Shown here piece by piece: positions 1 to 8,094 of a DNA stretch of 64,000 bases. The translations under genes were made by a program, and so were the position numbers. Source of the DNA: an uncultured delta proteobacterium (GTDB taxonomy: Bacteria > Desulfobacterota > Binatia > Binatales > Binataceae). Numbering within the stretch: position 1 is the stretch's first letter; each line of letters opens with the position of its first letter. The notes under the pieces were generated by a model that did not search any database, was not told the origin of the DNA, and saw nothing but the letters and a program-made list of their open reading frames with translations. The stretch is from contig CAVZDJ010000011.1 in assembly GCA_963773975.1 (NCBI GenBank), positions 13,223 to 77,222 on the forward strand. Reading direction: 5' to 3'.

Positions 1-1030
1 AGAGCTTCCAATAACGCGACAGAAAATAGTGCGAGCGCTCTATTATGGGGATCACGCGAGCGCCGTCCTCGGCCGGCGCGATCGGCTCGTCGGCGGCGCG
101 GCCCAGTTCCTCGATCACGCTGCGTCCTGAATCCGCGAGCGCCTGCAGATCGTAGCCGCCCTCCAGCGCCACCGCCATCCGGCCCGCGCAGCACTCGGCC
201 GCCATCCGCTTGACTCGCCGCGCGAGGGCGGCGAAGCCGCCCTCGGTCACCCGCATCCCGCCGAGCGGGTCGCGAAAGTGCGCGTCGAAGCCCGACGACA
301 CGAGGATGAACTCCGGGCGGTATTGCCGGACCACCGGCGCCAGCAGGTCGTCAAAAATACGCAGGTACTCGTTATCGCCGAACGTCGCCGGCATCGGCGC
401 GTTGACTGTGTATCCGGCGCCGGCTCCGAAGCCTACTTCGTCGATCGCGCCGGTGCCCGGGTAAAACGGAAACTGATGAGTCGAGAAATAAAGCACCTCG
501 GACGAGTCGTAGAAGATGTCCTGGATGCCGTTGCCGTGGTGGACGTCCCAATCGATCACCAGCACGCGTTTGAGGCCGCGGCGGCGGTTAAGATAACGCG
601 CCGCGATCGCCACGTTGTTGAACAGGCAAAAGCCCATCGCGCGCCCGGCGAGCGCATGATGGCCGGGCGGACGGACGATCGCAAAAGCGTTGTCCGCCGC
701 TCCGTCCATCACCGCCTCGACCGCCGTGAGCACACCGCCTGCCGCCAACAGCGCGGTCTGATAGGAGTCGGGTGACGCATGCGTGTCAGGATCGAAGTCG
801 TAACGCGGCATCGCGGCGCTGCGCCGGACTTCGGCCACGTAGGCCGGGTCGTGACACAATTCGAGCTCCGCGGCGGTGGCCTCGCGCGGGCTGAGCGCCA
901 GGATGCCGGCGCGATGAAGCTGCTCGGCCATCTCGATCATCACCGCCGCGCGTTCGGGGCGTTCGGGATGGCTTCGGCCGGCGAAATGCTTCAAAAATCG
1001 GCGGTCGCTAATCAGTGCGGTCCTGAGCAT
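1..1030 (-). CDS. histone deacetylase-family (AcuC/AphA-like) deacetylase, partial; 3' end lies beyond base 1
   Basis: Absent from the ORF track because it has no stop in the window. Reverse-strand translation from ATG 1030-1028 reads MLRTALISDRRFLKH...RPPGHHA...RVLVIDWDVHHGNG...EGGYDL, matching HDAC catalytic and zinc-site motifs. The frame stays open to base 1. Confidence 0.85.
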   Translation of the reverse strand, partial: MLRTALISDRRFLKHFAGRSHPERPERAAVMIEMAEQLHRAGILALSPREATAAELELCHDPAYVAEVRRSAAMPRYDFDPDTHASPDSYQTALLAAGGVLTAVEAVMDGAADNAFAIVRPPGHHALAGRAMGFCLFNNVAIAARYLNRRRGLKRVLVIDWDVHHGNGIQDIFYDSSEVLYFSTHQFPFYPGTGAIDEVGFGAGAGYTVNAPMPATFGDNEYLRIFDDLLAPVVRQYRPEFILVSSGFDAHFRDPLGGMRVTEGGFAALARRVKRMAAECCAGRMAVALEGGYDLQALADSGRSVIEELGRAADEPIAPAEDGARVIPIIERSHYFLSRYWKL

Positions 1031-1127
1031 CGTTGACACCCCGAACTTCGATAACGATCATTAGAATCATTAATCAGACCGCGCGGCCGAGCGCTATGGG
1101 CCGGGGCGGACGGCGGACGGAAGATCC

Positions 1128-1721
1128 TTGGGAATTTTCGAGATACTCCTGTTCCTGGTAATCGCGCTGATCGTCATTCCACCCGACGATTTGCCCCAGG
1201 TGATGCATGCCGTCGGCAAGGTGATGCGCGAGCTGAGGCTGGCGAGTAACACTGTGATGCGCGAGATCTCTGGCGCGATCGGCGACGATGCGCCGTTCAA
1301 TATCCTGCCCCCGCGTTTCGACGACCCGCATCCTGCCCCGATGCCGTCCTCTTCGCCTTCGCCGCCTCCGCCGGCTTTCCTGGCGCCGGAAATCCAGTTG
1401 CAATCGCCGGCAGAAAACTCGCCGGGGGCAGAGCCCGCGGGCGCCCCGCAAGCGGCCGCCACTGGTCCTCTGATAGCGGCGGAGTATCAGGCATCGAATG
1501 AGCCGGCGGCCGAGCCCGCGTCCAAGGTATCCGCCGCCAGTCCTGAGGATTCCACCAGGCCTCGCGATGCCATCAGGCCCCGGGGGACGGGCGAATTGAC
1601 CCCGGCGGAACATCAGGCCCAAGCGGAACTTCAGACGCCGCCCCGGCCGCGCCGCGCTCGGAAACCAAAACAGCCGAGCCCTCGCGAGCGCTCCGTGCCG
1701 CCGCCGGCCGACAAACCATAG
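1128..1721 (+). CDS. tatB: twin-arginine translocase TatA/B/E-family protein, TatB-like
   Basis: TTG start. N-terminal TM helix plus amphipathic helix (MGIFEILLFLVIALIVIPPDDLPQVMHAVGKVMRELR), a long Pro/Ala-rich tail, and a position directly upstream of tatC. Confidence 0.7.
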   Translation: MGIFEILLFLVIALIVIPPDDLPQVMHAVGKVMRELRLASNTVMREISGAIGDDAPFNILPPRFDDPHPAPMPSSSPSPPPPAFLAPEIQLQSPAENSPGAEPAGAPQAAATGPLIAAEYQASNEPAAEPASKVSAASPEDSTRPRDAIRPRGTGELTPAEHQAQAELQTPPRPRRARKPKQPSPRERSVPPPADKP

Positions 1722-1823
1722 CCTGCCCTGCTGCCCGTGGCCAACCTGGAGCCCGACGTCAATCCTCCCACCGCAACGGAGGAGGTCCGCGCCAATCCTG
1801 CCGCCGCAGCGGAGGAGGTCCGG

Positions 1824-2570
1824 ATGCCGCTGCTCGAACATTTGCGCGAGTTGCGCGGGCGGCTGATACGGGCCGTTATCGCGTTAGCGGCGGGATGCGC
1901 CTTGTCGTACATTTTTGCGGACCATCTCTTCGCCTGGCTGACGATGCCGCTGCGCGAGGTCGGAGGGGGCAAGCTGCTGCTGATCGGGACCGGCGTGGGC
2001 GAGGCCTTCTTCACCAAGATCAAGGTCGCGCTGGTGGCCGGGGTGTTCGTCTCCAGCCCGGCGATATTTTACGAGGTCTGGAAATTTATCGCGCCCGGCC
2101 TCCTAGAGTCGGAGCGGCGGATGGCGTTGCCGTTCGTCGTCAGCTCGAGCCTGTTCTTCGCGCTGGGCGGTTACTTCTGCTGGGCGGTGGTATTCAAGGT
2201 CGGCTACGCCTTCTTCATCGCGCAGTACGCCTCGATCGGCGTCACCCCGACGATTCGGATCAGCGAGTACCTGGCGTTCTCGGCCAAGCTGATGCTGGCT
2301 TTTGGGCTGACCTTCGAGATGCCGATTTTCGCGGTCTTCCTGACCCGGCTCGGATTGATCGACTACCGCATGATGCTGCGTTATTTCCGGTACGCGGTAC
2401 TCGGCATCTTCGTGGTCTCGGCGGCGCTGACTCCGCCGGACATGGTTTCGATTTTCCTGCTCGCGATTCCGCTGCTACTGCTTTACGTGCTCAGCGTGGG
2501 AGTTTCTTACATGTTCCGCGCGCAAGCGCCGCTGAACGAACCGGCGACCGAGCCTCCCGCCGCGCTCTGA
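1824..2570 (+). CDS. tatC: twin-arginine translocase subunit TatC
   Basis: MPLLEHLRELRGRLIR... followed by multiple TM segments typical of TatC. ATG 1824 is preceded by GGAGGAGG. The track ORF (1737) probably over-extends the N-terminus. Confidence 0.9.
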   Translation: MPLLEHLRELRGRLIRAVIALAAGCALSYIFADHLFAWLTMPLREVGGGKLLLIGTGVGEAFFTKIKVALVAGVFVSSPAIFYEVWKFIAPGLLESERRMALPFVVSSSLFFALGGYFCWAVVFKVGYAFFIAQYASIGVTPTIRISEYLAFSAKLMLAFGLTFEMPIFAVFLTRLGLIDYRMMLRYFRYAVLGIFVVSAALTPPDMVSIFLLAIPLLLLYVLSVGVSYMFRAQAPLNEPATEPPAAL

Positions 2571-2609
2571 GTGCCCCGCCGGCGCATCCGCAAAAAGGAA
2601 ACCAAGCTG

Positions 2610-5012
2610 ATGGCCATCATCGAGGAAACTCCCCGCGCCTCGGGCGCCCCTGGTATCGAGCCGCGCTGGACCCACAGCGCCAAAGATGTCGTCGGCACCG
2701 CCTACTCCACGGCGAGCCCGATTTGGTTCACCGCCTCGGGCGGGGTGCTCAACGAAGTCTACTATCCGACGATCGATCGGCCCCAAATCCGCGATCTGCA
2801 GTACCTGGTGACCGACGGCGAAACTTTTTTCCACGACGTGCATCGCAACCAGGAGACCCACACCGAGTATCTCGGCGATCGCGGCCTCGGCGTGCGCATC
2901 ACCAACGCCGACCGCGAAGGGCGCTATCGCGTGGTGATGGAGGTCATCACCGACCCGCATCAACCGTGCGTGCTGCTGGACACCCGCGTGGAGGGCGACG
3001 CCGACCTCCTGCGCCGCCTGCGCCTGTTCGTGCTGCTCTCGCCGCATCTGAACGTCGGCGGATGGGGCAACAACGCCAACGTTGCGCGGATGGCGGGGTA
3101 CGAGTTTCTGACCGCGCACAAGGACAACACCTGGCTGGCTCTGGGAGCCAGCGTGCCCTTCGTGCGGCGCTCCTGCGGCTATGTCGGCAAGACCGACGGA
3201 TGGCAGGACCTGAGCCAGAATTTCAAGCTGGATTGGGAGTTCGCCTCGGCGCCTGACGGCAATGTCGCGCTGACCGCCGAAATCGATCTGCCCGAGGACC
3301 GCCACTTCACGCTCGGGCTCGCGTTCGGCAACGGCCTTCATCGCGCGGTGACCTGCCTCTACCAGTCGCTCGGGGTGCCCTTCGCACAGCACGCGGCACG
3401 CTTCCTCGAGCAATGGAGCCGCGCCTGCGGCCACATGTACCCGCTCGAACGATGGACCGGCGACGGCGGCCACCTCTGCCGCAGGACCCGCGAATTGCTG
3501 CTCGCGCACGAGGACAAGCGCTTCTCCGGCGCGCTCATCGCTTCGCTCAGCATCCCGTGGGGCGAGGTCAAGGGCGACGAGGACCTCGGCGGCTATCATC
3601 TGGTGTGGACGCGCGACATGGTCAATAGCGCGACCGGACTGCTGGCCGGTGGCGACCTTGCGACCCCGGTGCGCGCGCTCATCTATCTCGCCTGCTCGCA
3701 GCGCCCCGACGGCGGCTTCCCGCAGAATTTCTGGATCGACGGCACGCCCTACTGGCAAGGCATCCAGCTCGACGAGGTCGCCTTTCCGATCATGCTGGCG
3801 TATCGCCTGGCGCACGCGGGCGCCACGATGGGCCCGTTGGATCCGTACCCGATGGTGCTGGCGGCCGCGGGCTACCTGATCAAAAAAGGCCCGGTCACGC
3901 CGCAGGAGCGATGGGAGGAGAATAGCGGCTACTCGCCCTCGACGCTGGCGAGCAATATCACGGCGCTAGTATGCGCCTCGAACCTGGCTTATGGGCGGGG
4001 CGACACAACCACCGCGCAGTTCCTGCTGGAATACGCCGACTTCCTCGAATCCCACATTGAGCGCTGGACCGTGACCAAACGGGGCTTCCTGGTGCCGGGC
4101 ATTAAGCGCCACTACGTCCGAATCAATCCCGCGGACCCCGCGGCGACAGTGCCTAATGACGACCCCGACCACGGGATGGTGCCGATCCGCAACCGGCCAC
4201 CCAACGCGCCCTACGAGTTTCCGGCCGCCGAGATCGTCGACGCAGGTTTCCTTGAGCTGGTGCGCTATGGCATCCGCCGCCCTGGCGACCCGCTGGTCGA
4301 GGATTCGCTGCGCGTCGTCGACGCGGTGCTCAAGGCCGACTTCCCGGCCGGGCCGTGCTGGAAACGCTACACGCATGACGGCTACGGCCAGCGCGACGAC
4401 GGCGGACCCTTCGTCGGATGGGGAGTCGGGCGGCCGTGGCCGCTGTTGACCGGTGAGCGCGGCCATTACGAACTCGCCGCCGGACGCGACGTCACGCCGT
4501 ACCTGCGCGCGATGGAAAACTTCGCCACCTCGACGCGGCTTTTGGCCGAGCAAATCTGGGATCGGCCGGACCTGCCCGAGGCGCTGATGCTATTCGGCAA
4601 GCCGACGGGGGCCGCGATGCCCCTGATGTGGGCGCATGCGGAGTACCTGAAACTTTTGCGCTCGGCCGCCGACGGCGTCGTCTTCGATCTCATCCCGGAG
4701 GTCGCCGAGCGCTACCGCAACGGCAAGCCGCGCGGGCCAATCGAAATCTGGAAACACAACCGGCAGATCCAGTCGGTCACGCTCCCGTGCAAGCTGCGGA
4801 TCCAGTCCGATGAGCCCTTCATGCTGCACTGGAGCAAGGACGAATGGCATCACCCCAACGACACCCGTTCGACCCATACCGCGGTGGGACTCGATTTCGT
4901 CGATATCGAATTGATTGCCTTCGATCACGCGCCTGTCCGCTTCACCTTCCGTTGGGAAACGCGCGGACAGTGGGAAGGCCGCGACTACGTAATCGAACTG
5001 CGCGAGCGGTAG
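2610..5012 (+). CDS. GH15 glucoamylase / glucodextranase-family glycoside hydrolase
   Basis: About 800 aa. N-terminal beta-sandwich region (IEPRWTHSAKDVVGTAYS...VYYPTIDRPQIRDLQYLVTDG) and (alpha/alpha)6 catalytic region (WTRDMV..., ERWEENSGYSPSTLA) as in bacterial glucoamylases. AAGGA lies upstream of ATG 2610. Confidence 0.9.
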   Translation: MAIIEETPRASGAPGIEPRWTHSAKDVVGTAYSTASPIWFTASGGVLNEVYYPTIDRPQIRDLQYLVTDGETFFHDVHRNQETHTEYLGDRGLGVRITNADREGRYRVVMEVITDPHQPCVLLDTRVEGDADLLRRLRLFVLLSPHLNVGGWGNNANVARMAGYEFLTAHKDNTWLALGASVPFVRRSCGYVGKTDGWQDLSQNFKLDWEFASAPDGNVALTAEIDLPEDRHFTLGLAFGNGLHRAVTCLYQSLGVPFAQHAARFLEQWSRACGHMYPLERWTGDGGHLCRRTRELLLAHEDKRFSGALIASLSIPWGEVKGDEDLGGYHLVWTRDMVNSATGLLAGGDLATPVRALIYLACSQRPDGGFPQNFWIDGTPYWQGIQLDEVAFPIMLAYRLAHAGATMGPLDPYPMVLAAAGYLIKKGPVTPQERWEENSGYSPSTLASNITALVCASNLAYGRGDTTTAQFLLEYADFLESHIERWTVTKRGFLVPGIKRHYVRINPADPAATVPNDDPDHGMVPIRNRPPNAPYEFPAAEIVDAGFLELVRYGIRRPGDPLVEDSLRVVDAVLKADFPAGPCWKRYTHDGYGQRDDGGPFVGWGVGRPWPLLTGERGHYELAAGRDVTPYLRAMENFATSTRLLAEQIWDRPDLPEALMLFGKPTGAAMPLMWAHAEYLKLLRSAADGVVFDLIPEVAERYRNGKPRGPIEIWKHNRQIQSVTLPCKLRIQSDEPFMLHWSKDEWHHPNDTRSTHTAVGLDFVDIELIAFDHAPVRFTFRWETRGQWEGRDYVIELRER

Positions 5013-5102
5013 GGAAGCGCAAGGCCAATCGTCGGTTTAAGCGCTCTTGCTGTAAAGGCTGGACGCTCACTGCGCGTTGATCGCGATGGCCGATGCCAAA
5101 CT

Positions 5103-5489
5103 TCAATCCCTCTCGACCGGATAACCTGCCTTGTTCCAATTCTCCATCCCGCCGCGCAAAACACATACTTGCTCGAACCCTGCTTGCGAAAGCACTTTCG
5201 CCGCGCTCGCCGAGCGCTTCTCGTTTCGTCAGATGGTTATGATCGGTTTCGCCTTGCTCTCGTTCAGATCCGGGATTTTTCCGGATAACTCCCCGATCGG
5301 AATGTTAGTTGCGCCTGCGATGTGACCGAGCGGTCCAAAGAATTCACCGGCGCTGCGGACGTCTATCAGGGCAATTTTCTCGCCGGCCTCCAATCGTCCC
5401 TTGAGGGTTACGGCGTCCATGAAGCGCGGGGCCTTGAGCCGACGGATCAGCCGGGGCAGAAAAGCGATGACGAGATCGCGCTTGTTCAT
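5103..5489 (-). CDS. single-domain rhodanese sulfurtransferase with in-frame TGA (5231-5229) at the catalytic Cys position; candidate selenoprotein (or point-mutated pseudogene)
   Basis: The track ORF ends ...KPIITI at TGA. The same frame continues RNEKRSASAAKVLSQAGFEQVCVLRGGMENWNKAGYPVERD to TGA 5105-5103. The joined product is a complete rhodanese (LIDVRSAGEF..GHIAGATNIP..PIITI-[TGA]-RNEKRS..GGMENW). ATG 5489 overlaps the upstream stop (ATGA). Confidence 0.65.
5186..5228 (-). promoter_or_regulatory. candidate SECIS-like hairpins immediately downstream of the in-frame TGA
   Basis: In mRNA sense, GCGCUC-GGC-GAGCGC lies 12-26 nt after the UGA and GCGAAAG-UG-CUUUCGC lies 28-43 nt after it. Both have G-containing apical loops at the distance where bacterial SECIS loops lie. 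Not validated against a SECIS model. Confidence 0.35.
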
Positions 5490-6337
5490 GCGGCGCTCCG
5501 CAAGGTGATCGCGTACGCACCCGTGGGCCCGCGGAACGGCTGCGACAGCATGCGGTCGAGCCACAATTCACGCGCTACGCGGAACTGCTCGATGCCGATC
5601 GTCATCCCGTCATGGCCGGCGGCGGGCTGATCGCGATAGGTTCCGAGCAAGCGATCCCACCACGGCAGGTTGAAGCCAAAGTTGCTGTTGGTCTCGCCGA
5701 CCACGATCGAATGGTGGACGCGATGCATGTCGGGCGTGACCAGGAGCCATCGAAGATAGCGATCCAACCGGACGGGAATGCGAACATTGCCGTGGCTGAA
5801 CATCGAGGTCGCGTTCAGCAGGACCTCGAAGATAAGCACGCCGAGTGCGGGCGCTCCCAGGACGACGACCACAGCAAACTTGATCAGCATCGAAAGAACG
5901 ATCTCGATCGGGTGGAAGCGCGCGCCCGTGGTTACGTCGAAGTCAAGATCGGCGTGGTGCATACGATGCACCCGCCACAGCGCGGGAACCGCGTGAAACA
6001 TCACGTGCTGTAGATAGATTGCGGCATCGAGCAGCACCATCGAAGCGATCACTGCCATCCACGGCGGAGCCGGGACGTTGTTGAGCAATCCCCAGCCCCG
6101 ATTCGCTCCAAGCAGCGCCAAAACCACGGCTGTGGTTGGAAGCACAATCCGGATGAGAGCCGTATTTAGCGCGACGACCGCCAGGTTGCTGGGCCAGCGC
6201 CTGAACCTCGAATAGGACCTTGTCCGGCGGGGCGCCGCCGCTTCCCACAGGGCCATCGCGGTGAACACCGCAAAAAAGGCTCCCAGTCTTATGGTCGCTT
6301 CGTTAATCGGATTGTTGACTCCAATGACTCCAATCAA
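5486..6337 (-). CDS. fatty acid hydroxylase / sterol desaturase-family membrane protein
   Basis: Multi-TM protein with His-box motifs (HVMFHAVPALWRVHRMHHAD; HRVHHS) typical of the di-iron fatty acid hydroxylase superfamily. Confidence 0.85.
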   Translation of the reverse strand: MIGVIGVNNPINEATIRLGAFFAVFTAMALWEAAAPRRTRSYSRFRRWPSNLAVVALNTALIRIVLPTTAVVLALLGANRGWGLLNNVPAPPWMAVIASMVLLDAAIYLQHVMFHAVPALWRVHRMHHADLDFDVTTGARFHPIEIVLSMLIKFAVVVVLGAPALGVLIFEVLLNATSMFSHGNVRIPVRLDRYLRWLLVTPDMHRVHHSIVVGETNSNFGFNLPWWDRLLGTYRDQPAAGHDGMTIGIEQFRVARELWLDRMLSQPFRGPTGAYAITLRSAA

Positions 6338-6495
6338 AATTCACCTTGACGACCCGCTACCGGATATTCTCGGGATACGATGAGCGTCCCCGTCACCGCG
6401 GAGCTTTCTAACCTCTCTCACTCACATATTGGGCCGCCGCGGTTCACGCTCCAGTTCGTCGTAACCGTACCACGTCCTCGCTCGTGCCCGTATCG

Positions 6496-6624
6496 CTACC
6501 CACGCATCGTATGCCGGTCGGCCCAACAAGAACGGGGTATAATGAAGCAGGTCATCACTCCTTCGAGGTCGTGGCGGTTGAACGCCTGGAAGCAACGCTG
6601 GATCAGTTGTTCCTCGGGCGTCAT
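6496..6624 (-). pseudogene. short SnoaL/NTF2-like N-terminal fragment (42 codons), probable gene remnant
   Basis: An AAGGA RBS is followed by MTPEEQLIQRCFQAFNRHDLEGVMTCF, a typical SnoaL-like N-terminus, after which the frame terminates early. Below the ORF-track size cut-off. Confidence 0.3.
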
Positions 6625-6744
6625 TTCCTTACCCTCGTGGTCAAGTTAAGCCGCGATCATGTTGCAGCACCCTTGGATGACTTCCGCAAGCCCGCGTACC
6701 AGCTTCTTCCGCCGCGAAGAATACGCGGTCAAACTGCGTGAGAG

Positions 6745-6981
6745 CTAGGAGCCGATGCGGCGGATCGAAAAGGCCGCGCTCAGCGAATCGAGCAGCGGGG
6801 CGACCTCGGCGGCCGACTTGGGGTCGAAGTACAAACGCAAATAATGATGGCGCGGGTCTTCGGTGCGCAGCGTCGCCAGGTTGTCGTACGACTCGATGAT
6901 CGCCTTGAAGCGCGCGATCCCGGCCGGCGGCATCGCCAGCAGCACGCTTTGAAATGATGCCTGGTCAGCGGACTCCTTCAT
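6745..6981 (-). CDS. small DUF4911-like protein
   Basis: 78 aa. The motif IARFKAIIESYDNLATLRTEDPRHHYLRLYF resembles the DUF4911 family as I recall it. Divergent from the ArsA-like pair. Confidence 0.6.
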   Translation of the reverse strand: MKESADQASFQSVLLAMPPAGIARFKAIIESYDNLATLRTEDPRHHYLRLYFDPKSAAEVAPLLDSLSAAFSIRRIGS

Positions 6982-7044
6982 GCGAGCGCTCTAAACTACC
7001 GTGACGCGGCAAATGTACTCAACCGATAGCTCGCCGCTGCGCGC

Positions 7045-8094
7045 GTGTCTACATTCGACCTGATGGCGCTCGCGCGGCTAATCCTGGTGACTGGCAAGGG
7101 CGGCACGGGCAAAAGCACGGTCGCCGCCGCGCTCGCGCTCGGTCTCGCGCGACGCCGCCCAACGACGCTGGTCGACCTTGACCAGCGGATGTGGGCGGCG
7201 CGGATGCTCGGTCTCGAGCCGGATAACAACCTCGACCCGATGGCTAAGCGGGACGCGGTAGCCAATCCCGGCGCGATTGCCAACCTGGAAACGATCTCGC
7301 TCAGCGCAAGCACCGAGCTCGAAGCCTTCATCGAACGGATAGTGCCGATCAAGGCGGTCGCGCGCCGGATGCTCCAAAGCCGCACCTTCGGCTACGTCAG
7401 TGCGGCGCTGCCGGGGCTGGAGGCGTTCCTGATGCTCGAGCGGCTGCGAATCGTCGCCGGGCGCGCCGCGCTGGAGGACCGCTACGTGGTGGTCGACGCG
7501 CCCGCCACCGGCAGCGCGCTGGAGTTACTCTCGGTGCCGGGGGCGCTGGAGCAAATCGCTCCGCTCGGAACGCTCAATCGGCTCGCCGCCAATGTTGGGA
7601 GTTTTCTCGCCGACCCGACGCGCTTCGCCGTGATACTGACGCTGACGCCGCAGGAGCTGGCGCTCGGCGAAGCTCTGGAGGCGTCCGCCATGCTCCGCGG
7701 ACGGCTCGGTGTGAGCGTCGCGGCGGCCGCGCTCAACTGCGTACCGGGTCCGTTGTTCAGCGCGCGCGAGATGAAGGCGCTCGACGCGCTCCATGCGTAT
7801 CCAGGATGCGCGCGCCTTGCGCGATGGCGCGACGGCGCGGGACGCTTCGCGGCGCGGGTGCGCCGCGAAGCGTCCCGCGCCGGGCTCGCTGTGGTCGAAC
7901 TGCCGATGCTGTTCAGCCCGGCGATGCGCCGGGCCGAACTCGAAGGGCTGAGCCGCGCGCTGGAAGCGGGGCTGTTCCCGGCCGAGCCGGGAACAGCCCC
8001 GCCTCCAGCGCAAAAAGCCGCGCAAGCGCCGAGCGCCGCGCTGCGCACGGCGCAACCGCCAACATCCCCGGCGAAGCCGCCAACATCCCGATGA
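7045..8094 (+). CDS. ArsA/Get3-family P-loop ATPase (divergent), copy 1
   Basis: GTG start. Deviant Walker A (LVTGKGGTGKST), switch-like DAPATGSALELL, and a low-complexity Pro/Ala tail containing a long palindrome. Confidence 0.8.
   Translation: MSTFDLMALARLILVTGKGGTGKSTVAAALALGLARRRPTTLVDLDQRMWAARMLGLEPDNNLDPMAKRDAVANPGAIANLETISLSASTELEAFIERIVPIKAVARRMLQSRTFGYVSAALPGLEAFLMLERLRIVAGRAALEDRYVVVDAPATGSALELLSVPGALEQIAPLGTLNRLAANVGSFLADPTRFAVILTLTPQELALGEALEASAMLRGRLGVSVAAAALNCVPGPLFSAREMKALDALHAYPGCARLARWRDGAGRFAARVRREASRAGLAVVELPMLFSPAMRRAELEGLSRALEAGLFPAEPGTAPPPAQKAAQAPSAALRTAQPPTSPAKPPTSR
7957..8011. repeat. 55-nt near-perfect inverted repeat (26-nt arms, 1 mismatch, 3-nt centre) inside the 3' end of ArsA-like gene 1
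   Basis: The left arm GCGCTGGAAGCGGGGCTGTTCCCGGC, the centre CGA and the right arm GCCGGGAACAGCCCCGCCTCCAGCGC were read directly from rows 7921-8020. Confidence 0.9.

Noticed and set aside
2475-3815. 446-aa minus-strand ORF
   Set aside because: It lies fully antisense to the well-supported GH15 glucoamylase. Its Arg/Ala/Gly-rich composition is typical of shadow ORFs in high-GC DNA, and no family motif is present.
7806-8090. Upstream extension of the second ArsA-like ORF
   Set aside because: It overlaps the first ArsA-like gene out of frame. The ATG at 8091, with its ATGA overlap and immediate P-loop, is the plausible start.
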